DNA from: Octopus sinensis
Lineage: Eukaryota
Direction: 5' to 3'
DNA: 64,000 nucleotides
NCBI RefSeq assembly: GCF_006345805.1
Contig: NC_043018.1
Coordinates: 20,026,001 to 20,090,000, forward strand
Positions 12,701 to 25,026 of this stretch are shown in pieces. The notes beneath the pieces are model-generated. The model searched no databases. It was not told where the DNA came from and worked only from the letters and a program-made list of their open reading frames with translations. Within the stretch, counting starts at the first letter, position 1. The number at the start of each line of letters is the position of its first letter. A program made the translations under genes and the position numbers.

Positions 12701-13481
12701 GTTATTATTATTATTATTATTATTAAGATGATGAGCTGGCAGAAACGTTAGCATACCGGGCGAAATGTTTAGCAGTATTTCATCTGTCTTTTCATTCTGA
12801 GTTCAAATTCTACTGAGGTCGACTTAGCTTTTCATCCTTTCGGGGTTGATAAATTAAGTACCAGTTGCGTACTGGACTCAATCAAATCAATTAGACACCC
12901 TCCCCAAAAAATTTCATGCCTGGTGCCTAGAGTAGAAAGGATTCTTCTTCTTCTCCTTCTCCTCCTCCTCCTTATTATTATTAAGGTGGTGAGCTGGCAG
13001 AATTGTTTAAATGCCAGGCGAAATGCTTAGCAGTATTTCATCTGTCTATACATTCTGAGTTCAAATTCTACCGAAGTCGACTTTGCCTTTCATCCTTTCA
13101 GGGTCAATAAATTAAGTACCAGTTGTGTACCAGGGTTAATCTAATCGACTGGACACGCTCCCCTGAAAATTTCAGGCCTCGTGCCTAGAGTAGAAAAGAT
13201 TATTATTATCATTATTATTATCATTATTGTTATTATTATCATTATCATCATCATCATCATCATCAAAGCAGCAAGTTGGTAGAATCATTAGCACACCGGG
13301 CAAAATGCTTTGTGGCATTTTGTGTGTCTTGCACATTCTGATTTCAAATTCTGCCAAGGTTGACTTTACCTTTCATCCTTTCAGGGTTGATAAAATAAGT
13401 ACCAGTTGCACACTGGGGGTCGATATAATCGACTTATCCCCACCCCTAAAATTGCTGCCCACGTGGCAAAATTTGAAACCA
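12078..13481 (+). mobile_element. Four family C SINEs (12078-12283, 12723-12942, 12981-13200, 13264-13481), each embedded in (ATT)n
   Basis: Head AAGG(C/T)GG(C/T)GAGCTGGCAGAA, B-box-like GAGTTCAAATTC, ATT runs on both sides. Confidence 0.9.
12344..12666 (-). mobile_element. Family E ((AAT)n-associated non-coding element), 5'-truncated
   Basis: Matches the 3' 320 bp of 58042-58597. Confidence 0.85.
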
Positions 13482-13628
13482 TTCTTCTTCTTCTTCTTCT
13501 TCTTCTTCTTCTTCTTCTTCTTCTTCTTCTTCTCTTCTTCTTCTTCTTCTTCTTCTTCTTCTTCTTCTTCTTCTTCTTCTTCTCTTCTTCTTCTTCTTCT
13601 TCTTCTTCTTCTTCTTCTTCTTCTCTTC
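13482..13628. repeat. (TTC)n tract, triplex-prone
   Basis: About 145-bp pure pyrimidine strand with periodic TCTC interruptions. Confidence 0.95.
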
Positions 13629-13656
13629 TATTATTATTATTATTATTATTATTATG

Positions 13657-14214
13657 ATTGAGTGAGAGAGCAGTGCATGCCATCAAAGTGACACTGGGGT
13701 AAAATCTAGGAAGCCCAGTATACCCATCATGACTACCCGTCTGATAAGGGTACACTAGGCACATGCATCACAACCATATGTGCGCGACATGGGATCTCAT
13801 ATCAAGATAAACAGCACACGACCTTGCATGTGGGGCCCAGTTAGAATTTTCTTCTGGTCAAGTAACCCATCCTGCTCAAAAGGTCCCTGAATAAGGGTTG
13901 TTTAAGGATGTTGAATGAAACACCCATGTTTCCAGAGGTGAATTATTCAAAACCCCAAAGAATCCCTCTCAACACATGGCTATGATGCTCCCCCCTACTT
14001 CTGCTCGTGATCAGAGATGCACATATCGTCAGCCACTAAGGGACATGCTCAACTGGTTACGGTCAAACAACTGACAGCAAATCTGTGGTATTGAGCAAAT
14101 ATTTGGTGTAGCCCATCTTTTATACCAAGACAAAACAATGTTACATGATAACACTTCCAATCAGTTAAGATCAGAAGCCATGAGAGCCACTGCCTGGTAC
14201 TGCATCAGGGCATT
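13657..14214 (-). mobile_element. Family E, full length (~560 bp)
   Basis: Colinear with 58042-58597; ATT arrays on both flanks. Confidence 0.88.
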
Positions 14215-14252
14215 TATTATCATTATTATTATCATTATTATTATTATCATCA

Positions 14253-14306
<54 letters not shown>

Positions 14307-14348
14307 TATATATTATTATTATTATTATTATTATTATTATCATCATCA

Positions 14349-14392
<44 letters not shown>

Positions 14393-14469
14393 ACAGTAAT
14401 TTAAGTATTACATTACTCTTACACAATTAACCAGAAACTCTTGCTTTCTGTTATAAAAGTGTTTAAATA

Positions 14470-14600
14470 AACTTTCGCTTTTGTCTAGCGAACGTTTCGC
14501 TGAGGGTAGCGGTGCGTGGGTGGTACGGTGAAGCTTCAGAATAATTTATCGAGGATATCCGAATCTCTTTTTTTTTGATACACGGAAGAAGCATTTCTTT
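14470..14600. promoter_or_regulatory. CpG-retaining unique island (candidate TSS/regulatory element)
   Basis: GCGAACGTTTCGCTGAGGGTAGCGGTGCGTGGGTGGTACGG in a CpG-poor context, followed by a strongly T-skewed 500 bp. Confidence 0.3.
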
Positions 14601-15172
14601 TCTGAATTTTGTTGTTTTTTCTTTTTCAAATTTTTCTCGCTTCTTTTTATTCGTTCGTTTACAATTTATTTATTAATTTCCTTGTTTATTTATTCAACAT
14701 TTTTTTTTTGTTGTTGGATTGTTTTTTTTTGGGGTTTTTTTTTTTTTCATAGTGTCGGCTAGAAATAGTTTGAGTTATTTTTCTTTTTAACAACTTATTT
14801 TCATGTCCAAGTATTGATTGGATTTTCTTGCAGTTGTTGTTGTTATTATTTTGTTCTGTTGAATCTCCAAGAACAATTATTTTTGTTATTTTGGAACTCG
14901 GCTACAGACATTCTATTCTTCAATACCCAAGAGTCTAGAAACTTGTTATTTCTTAAGTTTATTTTTATTATTTAATTTTTCCTAAGACCTAAGGCTTATT
15001 CAAGGATTTCATTGACTGTTTTCCTTTCTTGTATTCTCAGCTGGTTGCAGAAACTGAACTTAGATTCAAGAATATTTGACTCTCATTCCATTGTTTGATT
15101 TTTGTTTTTCTTTTGGCATTATTATTATCCTTATCATCATTATCATTATTATTGTTATTATTATTATTATTA

Positions 15173-15230
<58 letters not shown>

Positions 15231-15411
15231 CATTATTATTATTTTGTTATGTTTTGTGTTTACTGAACTAAAATCGTCTGCAACAAAATAAGTCTTTATA
15301 TTTATTTAAGAATTTTCTCAGTCCTTAATATTAATTTAACAAAGATTTCCTTTCGACATCTTGTACTTTGTTTAATACAGTACTGATAATGAAGATGATG
15401 GTGGCGGTGGC

Positions 15412-15458
<47 letters not shown>

Positions 15459-15493
15459 TGACAATGATTATAAAAATATTAATAAGAATACAA

Positions 15494-15953
15494 ATGGGCT
15501 ACAGCAAATATTTTGCACAATACCACAGATTTGCTTGTCAGTTGTTTGACCTTAACCAGTTGATCGTGTCCCTTAGTGGCTGACGATATGGGCATCTCTG
15601 ATGATGAGCAAGAGTAGTGGAGGAGCATCACAGCCATGTATTGAGAGGAATTTTTCTGGGTTTGGATAATTCACCTCTGGAAACATGGTTGTTTCATTCA
15701 ACATCCTTAAGCAACCCTTATTCAGGGACCTTTTGAGTGGAATGGGCTATTCGACCTGAAGAAAACCCGAAAACCCACCTGGAAGGTCATGTGCTGTTTA
15801 TCTTGATATGAGATCACCATGTTGCGCACATATGGTTGTGATGCATGTGCCTAGTGTACCCTTATCAGATGAGTAGTCATGATGGGTATACTGGGCTTTG
15901 TATATTTGTATCCCTGTGGCCCTTTGATGGCTTGTACTGCTCTCTTCCTCAAT
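15494..15953 (+). mobile_element. Family E, lacking the first ~95 bp
   Basis: Reverse complement of 13657-14120; ends CTCAATAAT. Confidence 0.85.
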
Positions 15954-15984
15954 AATGATAATAAGTAATTATAATAATAATAAC

Positions 15985-16392
15985 AGTTTCACATTTTGGC
16001 ACAAGGCCAGTAATTTTGTGGGAGGGGGTAAGTCAACTATTTCAACCCCGGTGTTTAACCTCGTCAACCCCAAAAGGATGCAAGGCAAAGTCAACCTTAG
16101 CAAGATTTGAACTCAGAATGTATAAAGACAATCGAAACGCCACACAGCGTTTTGCCTGGCATGCTAACAATTCAGCCAGCTCGCCGCCTTAATCAGAATA
16201 ATGATCTTTTCTACAATAGACACAAGACCTGGAATTTGGTGGGGAGAGGACTGTTCTATTACATCAGCACCAAAAGAATGAAAGGCAAAGTCGACCTCGG
16301 CGGAATTTGAACCCCGAGCATAGCAATTGGTGAAATACCACTAAGCATTTTGCCCAGCGTACTAACGATTCTGCCAGCTCACCAGTTTGATG

Positions 16393-16434
<42 letters not shown>

Positions 16435-16674
16435 TAATAATAATAATAATAATAATCCTTTTTACTATAGACACAAGGCCTGAAATTTGCAGGGAGGGGT
16501 TAAGTCAATTACATTGATCCCCAGTACTCAACTGGTACTTAATTTATCGTCCCCAAAAGGATGAGAGGCAAAGTCAACCTCAGCGGAATTTGTACTCACA
16601 ACGTAACGAAGGGAGAAAGGATGTTGACAATCATGGTAGTAATAATTATAATAATAATAATAATAATAATAATG

Positions 16675-16708
<34 letters not shown>

Positions 16709-16769
16709 TGATGATAATAATAATAATGATAATAATAATGATAATAAATGCCCTGATGCAGTACCAATG

Positions 16770-16830
<61 letters not shown>

Positions 16831-17072
16831 TGATAATGATAATGATAATAATGATAAGAAGAATTTCAAATTTTTGCCACAAGGGCAGCTTGGGGAAGGG
16901 GATTAAGTCGATTACATCGACCCCAGTGTGTAACTGGTACTTAATTTATCGACCGCGAAAGGATGAAAGGCAAAGTTGACCTCGGCGGAATTTGAACTCA
17001 GAATGCAAAGACACATGAAGTGCCCCTAAGCATTTTGCTCGGCACAGTAACGATTTCTACCAGCACACCACC
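15985..17072 (-). mobile_element. Four family C SINEs (15985-16192, 16204-16385, 16456-16605, 16862-17072) in (AAT)n, plus a 20-bp family E 5' stub near 16748
   Basis: Reverse-complement family C cores; AATGCCCTGATGCAGTACCA stub. Confidence 0.88.
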
Positions 17073-17081
17073 TTGATGATG

Positions 17082-17161
<80 letters not shown>

Positions 17162-18129
17162 TGATAACAATGATGGTAATAATAATAATAATAATAATGA
17201 TGATGATAATGATGATGATGGTGATGATGGTGGTGGTGACAGTGCTTCCTTTTAGAAATGTTGGATTAGCAAGGTTATCGGCTGAGCTTAAAGGCAAGAC
17301 AAATAAATTGAAATGTAAGACGAGCGTGGCTTTGGTTTAACTTCATTATCATTTTAAATATAGAAGCAATTTGCAAGTGCAATCATCTGTGTAAAATCCT
17401 TTGTTCCAATTACTACCACCACCACCACCACCACCACCACCACCACCACACCACCACCACCATCATCACCACCACCACCACCACCACCATCATCACCACA
17501 ACCATCATCACCGCCACACATTTTGAATACACACACACATTTTGAATACACACACACATATGTACACACACACACATGTGCACACACACACATACCTGAT
17601 GTGGAGATGGAAAGTGTAAGTTAGTCATATGTATGTTTGTACATATGTGCATCTGTGTGTGTGTGTGTGTGTGTGTGCATGTACATGTGTGTGGGTGTGT
17701 ATTTGTGTGTGTGTGTGTGTGGGTGGTTGACAGAAATGGTGAAGAAGTCGCATGCATACATGAACGACCGTTATGATGGAAAGGAAGAATAGAAGAATGG
17801 CAGAGGGCAGAGAATGAGTGGCAGAATTGGTTGAATGCCAGACTAAGACACCTTGCAGTATTTAGTTACAGAACTTTACGCCGTGAGTTCAAATCCTTGC
17901 CAAGGTTCACTTCACCTCTTGTCTTTCCTTAATTGGTGCAGCAAGTGGATAACATGTTCCAATCTAGCATGAGGTTGCTCTCACTCCTAAAATGCCCGGC
18001 TTTGTTAGGGGGTCCCTATGACAACCACCACCACTACCAGCACCGATACTACCACAACTACTGTTGCTCCTGCTGTTGCCATAATTTTCATTTTTTATTG
18101 ACCCTGAATGGATGAAATGTAAAATTGAT

Positions 18130-18880
18130 TTGACTGTGGCTATGCTGAACTACCTTTAGTTGAACAAATCGACCCCAGGAATTATTCTTTGTAAGCCTAG
18201 TACTTATTTTATCAGTGTCTTTTGCGAAACCACTAAGTTACACGGGATGTAAACACACCAGCATCAGTTGTCAAGCGATGGTGGTGGGGACAAACACAGA
18301 CACACAAATACATACAAAGAAGCCAGTGCCATTTTGAAACAGCAAGATCTCACCTGCAACCATTGCCATATGCAACACAAAAATGAGATCTCACCTGCAA
18401 ACATTATTTAAGGAAAAGACAGCAATTTTTTCCCCTCTCATTCTTCTCACATGGACGCCGAGTATGACTTTGAAGCCAGGAGCTCACAGCAGACTTTTGT
18501 TCTGCTGTGATACCACATGCATTGTCTCCAGGGGTTATCGAACTGCATGTGTTTGGAAGAGAAGGCTAACCACGCACTGCTGTGAAGATGGTTACCAAAA
18601 GCAAACCTCTTGTACGAACCACCTAAGAATAAACGGTTATTGAATTTTCTCCACCTGAGAACTTCATTCTTCGTATTTCCAACACCTTGAATCAACAGAA
18701 TAATTATAATGGAAGAAGAAGACTACCCCAAAAGTATCATGAAAACCTTCCTTCCATTATAAAATGGTGACCCCCGACGTGATTCGAACATGCAGCCAAG
18801 GTGCCACGCCAAGGGACTGAACCCAGAATCAGGTGGTTGGTAAGCAAGCTTCTTACCACACAGTCACTCCTGTGCCTACA
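18130..18880 (-). mobile_element. SINE family A split by ~480 bp of unassigned sequence
   Basis: 3' module at 18130-18310 and head at 18800-18880 on the same strand. Confidence 0.65.
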
Positions 18881-19164
18881 TGTATACAATACATGTGGGT
18901 GTGTATGCATATTCATTGAAATGTAGCAAATTTACAGTCAGCTGTTAAAAAAAATGTTACTCCAGATTTCCGTCCACATTTCAACACCACCACACTAAAA
19001 TAATTACATTTCACACCATGGAGCTGCACATGTTGCAGCAATAATCATGTAATGAGACTTGGGTTGCTTCTCACACTCATTCTAATTTTGTAATAATTAA
19101 CACAAGAAAGGTGCTTATTTTTTTTTTCATATTTATGTTTGTGCAACAATGTTTTTATGCATCT

Positions 19165-19177
19165 GTTTCTATCCATC

Positions 19178-19250
<73 letters not shown>

Positions 19251-19280
19251 ATCTATTTATCTATCTATCTATCTTTCTAT

Positions 19281-19324
<44 letters not shown>

Positions 19325-19435
19325 TTATCTATCTATCTTTCTGTTCATCTATTTTATCGATCTGTCTATCAGTTTGTCTGCCTATCTTTCTGTCTTTCTC
19401 TATTTCCATCCATCCATCCATCCATCTATCTATCT
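19165..19435. repeat. (TCTA)n array
   Basis: Direct reading. Confidence 0.95.
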
Positions 19436-19631
19436 ACAGCTATATATCTCTTCATCTATTCACCCTGCCATCAATCTGTATGCATTTCTGTGTATGTGCA
19501 TTTGTGTGTGTGTGTGTATGTACACGCATATGAATATATGAACAAGCAAAAGTAGGAATCAATACATTTAGTTGAAGGTGTACTTAATTAACAAGTTGAC
19601 TCAGCACTTACCTATATTGGATCACACACAT

Positions 19632-19859
19632 AGATTGATAGATAGGTAGGTAGGTAGGTAGGTAGGTAGGTAGATAGATAGGTAGGTAGGTAGGTGGGTT
19701 TGTTGGTGGGTGAGTGGGTGGGTGGATAGATGGATGGATAGAGAGATAGAGAGATAGATGGATAGAGAGATAGAGAGATAGATGGATAGAGAGATAGAGA
19801 GATAGATGGATAGAGAGATAGAGAGATAGATGGATAGAGAGATAGGTAGAGAGAGAGAC

Positions 19860-19906
<47 letters not shown>

Positions 19907-20018
19907 CAGATAGATAGATTGATTGATATATAGGGAGAGAGATAGAGATATAGGTAGATAGATAAATAGACAGACAGAGATAGAGAAATAGGTGGGTAGG
20001 TAGGTAGATAGATAAATG

Positions 20019-20059
<41 letters not shown>

Positions 20060-20135
20060 GTATGTAGAGAGACTGACAGACAGACAGAGAAATAGACAGA
20101 GACAGAGAGCACATAGATAGATAGTAAGATAGATA
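19632..20135. repeat. (TAGA/TAGG)n array with a 24-bp higher-order unit
   Basis: GATGGATAGAGAGATAGAGAGATA repeated about 4-5 times at 19730-19840. Confidence 0.95.
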
Positions 20136-20170
20136 TAAATGTAGATACACACGCATGCACACACACATAC

Positions 20171-20305
20171 ATGTTGATTGCTCCATCTTCCCAGATTATT
20201 GTTGTCTCCTTGTGCTTCCTCGTTGTCAATGACATTTTCGATTTTGCATCTTTCTGTCCATGACCTTTCAATTGACTACTCAGTCCCACAGCAGTTCTGC
20301 ATGGT
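20171..20305 (-). other. Candidate 135-bp internal exon of an unidentified transcript
   Basis: Minus strand ctatgctttag|ACC...AACAT|gtatgt; one open frame ([44 protein letters not shown]); no recognisable domain. Confidence 0.25.
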
Positions 20306-20417
20306 CTAAAGCATAGGTTGTAACTCACTGTGCATTTCTGCGTAATTTATGAAAATTACATGGCTAAATAATTATTTATTCTCCTCTCAGACCTCCTAAC
20401 TCAATGGTTCTTTATAT

Positions 20418-20716
20418 CATCATCATCATCGTTTAACGTCCGTTCTCCATGCTAGCATGGGTTGGACGGTTCGACCGGGCATCTGGGAAGCCAGAAGGCT
20501 GCATCAGGCTCCAGTCTTATCTGGCAGTGTTTCTACAGCTGGATGCCCTTCCTAACACCAACCACTCCGTGAGTGTAGTGGGTGCTTTTTATGTGCCACC
20601 TGCACAGGTGCCAGGCGAGGCTGGCAACAGCCACGGTCGGATTGGTGTATTTTACGTGCCACCGGCACGGAAGCCAGTCGATGCAGCGCTGGCATCGGCC
20701 ACGATTCGGATAGTGC
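20418..20716 (-). mobile_element. Family D, two head units
   Basis: Reverse complement of 4569-4853. Confidence 0.88.
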
Positions 20717-21549
20717 TAGTATATATATATATATATATATATTATTTGGATTGCTAGTATATATATATATATATTATATATATACTAGCAAATACGCCCC
20801 CTCCATTGGATGGTGTAAGTTAATGATAGGACTGGAGTCTAAAATAGTGTAATTTTGCTTCTGTCTGCGACGCACTAGCAGTGGAAGTACCATTGCAAGC
20901 ATGCCAGAGTTCTGGTTGCTGAGCAGTCTGTGATGCTCTGGCGATCAAGGTAGAAGCAGCATTGCAAGCGTACCAAAACACACATTGTTCCTCTGTCTCG
21001 CTTGTCCCCGGGGAATGCAAAACGGAAGCATTTTGTGTTTTTCTACCAATGTGACTCTTGCTTTTTTTTTGGGGGGGGGGGGCATCCTATCGAAAATCTA
21101 TAATTGAATGAATCTTTAAAAAAAAATGAATTAAATTTACCTCATTGCCGTTTGCAAGCTCTAAGTATGGCATTTCAACACAAAAAATTCCCACAACGCT
21201 GAAGTGCACAATTATTTGCAGTGGTATTCTAAGCACCAAATGGCACGTGGATGCAGACAGTTGCGAATGAGCATTCACATCTATAAGCACATGTGGACAA
21301 AACGTATTTTGAGAAAATCGATATTCTATTGACCAAAAGTGCAATTATGATGAAATGTAAATGATCAATGCAAACACCTGTGCACTGACAGGTAGCAGAA
21401 AAGGTAAAGGGTATTTCTAAGGAATATTACATTTAAATGCGAAGTTTAAATAAAAAGAATGTGCAAATCAAAACCCGAACCCGAAAGACAGCCAAAACCA
21501 GGCTTCCTTTGGGAGAAAGGATGTTAGCATTAAAATTACATTATATTAA

Positions 21550-22404
21550 CCCCTTAATGGATCAATTATTTTGACATGGCATTTCATTTAACAGCATATT
21601 TTTTTTTATTTCCTTTTTTAATTATATACACTGTGTTAATTACAAAAAAAAAGTTTTTTTATCTTGTTTCCTTTATTTTTTATTATAGAAATTAAAATGT
21701 ACTTTTACTCGTTTGGATTTAAACGAGTTAACTCAGATATTGAAAAAATACATATAACTTAACTTTCTTATAAAAAATCGGAGATTTTTTTATAAGATGT
21801 ATTGCTTTTAAATCAAAGGAAAATTTTTTTTAAATGAGACAGTTTATTTAGAATGATAATTTTTAAAACAAGGAGTTACGCACAAAGTTATCTTGCAGAC
21901 ATCACACATGTATCTGCTTTCTCTTCGAATCTTCTTTCCTTTAGCGTCTCTCTTCTCTGTGCATTTTGCACACTGTCTTGTAGGGTTCTTTTTCTTATCA
22001 CTTAGTGGTATTTCCATGGGAAAGTGACCAGTTGGGGCAAATCTTGTTGGATGTGGGATCGACGATGGTCTTCCTGGTTTCGTCGGAGGCCTATATTTTT
22101 CAAAAATCTTGGTGATTATTTGCATTCTAAATTTCAGTGGTTTCATAGCAGAAGCTGAAGTTTCCAAAGATGCTTTATACAAAACATAAGCATTCCAGAT
22201 AGCCAAATCCATCAAATGAAAAAATACTTATTTTTTTTAAACAACACGAGTAAATTCGTGATTGCTCAAAAATGAAACGACACAAAACAAATAAACTCGT
22301 TTGAGTGCTAAAATTAAAAGTTGATTTTGACCGAGTATACTTGTCTGGTTCTAAAAAGATACATTTGCGATGCACAAGTAAACTCGGGATAATACATTAA
22401 GGGC
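21550..22404 (-). mobile_element. Internally deleted piggyBac transposon
   Basis: TTAA at 21546-21549 and 22405-22408; termini CCCCTTAATG / GCCCTTAATG (9 of 10 inverted match); transposase C-terminus inside; subterminal ACGAGT-NN-ACTCGT-like palindromes. Confidence 0.85.
21844..22212 (-). CDS. piggyBac (PGBD4-like) transposase C-terminal fragment with cysteine-rich domain, 122 aa
   Basis: KK*VFFHL-MDLAIWNAYVLY matches WYKKLFFHLLDLAIxNAYILY; C-terminal CAKC..CDVC.ITLC.TPCF.NYH is the piggyBac CRD; DDD catalytic core absent; expression unknown. Confidence 0.8.
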   Translation of the reverse strand: MDLAIWNAYVLYKASLETSASAMKPLKFRMQIITKIFEKYRPPTKPGRPSSIPHPTRFAPTGHFPMEIPLSDKKKNPTRQCAKCTEKRDAKGKKIRRESRYMCDVCKITLCVTPCFKNYHSK

Positions 22405-22720
22405 TTAATTTGGAAGTAATAAAAATTCTTTATAAATAAAGTTATTTAAGTCCATGTAACTGGAAAACTTCAAATGGGATATAGGGTTCAGCAATGTGCG
22501 ATGTAGACCGATAAATTAGCAAACCTTGTGGATGAATAAGCTATCAGAACTGACTGAGTAGTGCTTTTTTTTAGAATGTAACCAATGAATTTGATCTGTA
22601 AAATTCATAAAAATATTAGAAGACTTTACCAAAATATCGTTCATTTATGCTTACTGATATAAAAAAACTCATAATTTGAAATGTTGATACTAATATTCCT
22701 TCTTCATGAAATGGAATTAA

Positions 22721-22941
22721 CCCTTTAGCATTTAAACCGGCCATATCCGGCCAAAAGTATTCTGCCTGTTTTATGCTCAAACTGGCCAGATCTGGTCTCT
22801 CACACCAACCCTACAATATTGTTTTAAAAATGAACAGCTACCTCATCAAAATCGCAAAGCTACAAGATAATGCCTGATTAGTTCAAAACAATGTGGATAA
22901 AAAAGGATTAATTTTGGTAGAATAATGCGAACACTAAAGGG
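22721..22941. mobile_element. Complete 221-bp TTAA MITE (family P1)
   Basis: TTAA|CCCTTTAGCATT ... AACACTAAAGGG|TTAA; partial copies at 43095-43272 and 49973-50085. Confidence 0.85.
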
Positions 22942-23219
22942 TTAAAGAATAAACAATGGGTGTGTACATGTCAAATCAAGTGAGTCATGCAAAAGTCGAA
23001 AAATACCGCTCATTTTTTTGGTTTTATATAAGAAACTGTTTGCTAAAGTTGAGATATTTGTCACCCAAATTTCCACACTCAATTACCGACTAATTTGTCG
23101 TTTTCTTCTGTCAATTGAATTTTGTTGTGAGAAAATACTCACACAGTTGATTGATCACCAATTAGTGCCATTCATTCATTAAAGTTAATATTTTATTTCA
23201 TTTTTACTTGTCTTCTTAC

Positions 23220-23450
23220 CTCGTCTTCTTACTCTTTTGTGTCAGCTTATTTATCAAACACAGATGACATGCCTGGATGCACGTGTTCGAGTACAGTTCA
23301 TTCTAGAATGATATCAATTTTTACTGCAGTCATGTATGTTCTTTCTTGAAATTGCTTAGAAAGCTTCATGCAATTAATGCTCTGATGCTGATTGGACGAA
23401 CATAGTGGCTGTTCGAATGGGATTTGTGGAATGATAGCCAATAAGCACTA
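23220..23450 (-). promoter_or_regulatory. Candidate CCAAT-box promoter with first exon
   Basis: CTGATTGGA (ATTGG 23391-23395), AGCCAATAAG (CCAAT 23438-23442), CpG retention, donor GAG|GTAAGA at 23220/23219. Confidence 0.3.
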
Positions 23451-23632
23451 TTGAAATCAGATTTTCCATCAAGGTTTTGATTTAGCAAAGGGCATATCTG
23501 ACTTTGAAACTAATGATTATGTTATGAAATTTAGCTGATGCACCCACTGTGAGGTCTTTTACTTATGTGTAAAATTTCAGTGCGATCAGTTGAAAAATAC
23601 AGCCGTTATAATCTTTTACACACATGCACTCA

Positions 23633-23663
<31 letters not shown>

Positions 23664-23680
23664 CACAACAGGATTTATAT

Positions 23681-23711
<31 letters not shown>

Positions 23712-23715
<4 letters not shown>

Positions 23716-23872
23716 ACAGGCTTCTTTCAGTTTCCATCTACCCAATCCACTCACAGAGCTTTGGTCAGCTCAAGGCTATAGAAGAAGAGACTTGCCCAAG
23801 GTGCCACACAGTAGGACTGAACCTGGAACCATGTGGTTGGGAAGCAAGCTTCTTACCACACAGCCACACCTG
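23712..23872 (-). mobile_element. SINE family A, 5' half
   Basis: Family match. Confidence 0.85.
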
Positions 23873-24651
23873 TATATAAATATATTTTTACTAAACCAAA
23901 TTTAGATAATTTAATAATTACGTATATAACATAAATGTGTATGATACATAAACTGTGCAAAACTACATTAAAATGCAAATCCGAAGCTGAAGAAAACAGA
24001 AACATGAGTGAAAAAAAGAAAATATAAAGGGAGAAAAAGGAGAAAAAAGGGGGAGAAAGAAAGAAAAAGATGTCAATTCAACACTAAGTGCTTCAATTGG
24101 TCACACATCACATGGTTCAATGGCACAATATTGACTTGTAAACCTTTAATATATATGATGGTCTATTATGGTTGCAAAACAAAATAGTGTTCTTGATAGC
24201 AATTAATATACATACACACACATGTGTATCGTGTGTGTGAGAGAGACAGAGAGAGTGTGTGTGTATGAGAGAGAGAGAGTGTGAGAGAATGGGATGATAT
24301 GGTAAGGAATACCTTCCTTTCATTTGTAGTTGGTTTTGCGTTGTAAAAATTAATATCAAAGACAGGGAAGCATATTTCATCTAAATATTTCTGTTTAAAG
24401 CAGAAATGCTAATTTAAGATATCGATAAAAGAGTTACGCTGAGTGCTTTGCCTCCGTTTGACTTAGAACACATAACAACATTTTTTAAAAATTTATTATT
24501 GCTTGGTTTTGAATGGTGTCGTAAACTAGCAGTATGTCATTGTATAGTGGTGAAATACACAAGAGAAGAGGCCGTGTAAATCCTTGCATGCTTTTAGCTA
24601 TTAAAAGGTTTGGAAATATTTATTTTTTATGTATTTTCATATAAAAATAGA

Positions 24652-25026
24652 TTTGCTGTCAGTTCAAGAAATATTATCCATGCAACTCTGAGTCGAAAAC
24701 TCCCTCTAGTGTTGAAAATTTAAACACCACCAGAAAGGGAGATAATTTCATTTCGATTGATTCATTTAGTATAAGCTTTGCTGTCAGTTCAAGAAATATT
24801 ATCCATGCAACTCTGAGTCGAAAACTCCCTCTAGTGTTGAAAATTTAAACACCACCAAAAAGGGAGATAATTCCATTTCGATTGATTCATTTAGTATAAG
24901 CTTTGCTGTCAGTTCAAGAAATATTATCCATGCAACTCTGAGTCGAAAACTCCCTCTAGTGTTGAAAATTTAAACACCACCAGAAAGGGAGATAATTCCA
25001 TTTGGATTGATTCATTTAGTACAAGC
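24652..25026. repeat. 125-bp unit triplicated, nearly identical
   Basis: TTTGCTGTCAGTTCAAG starts at 24652, 24777 and 24902. Confidence 0.95.

Noticed and set aside
14470-14593. 43-aa minus-strand ORF MLLPCIKKKEIRISS...
   Set aside because: Terminates at TAA with no good donor; no homology recognisable.
18320-18790. Possible LINE remnant (LTCNHCH; IMEEEDYPKSIM)
   Set aside because: Motifs too short, out of the expected order and not supported by flanking similarity; left unassigned.
20820-21020. PELWHAC resembling the plant ARF motif ELWHACAG
   Set aside because: Six-residue coincidence in an animal context with no B3 domain.
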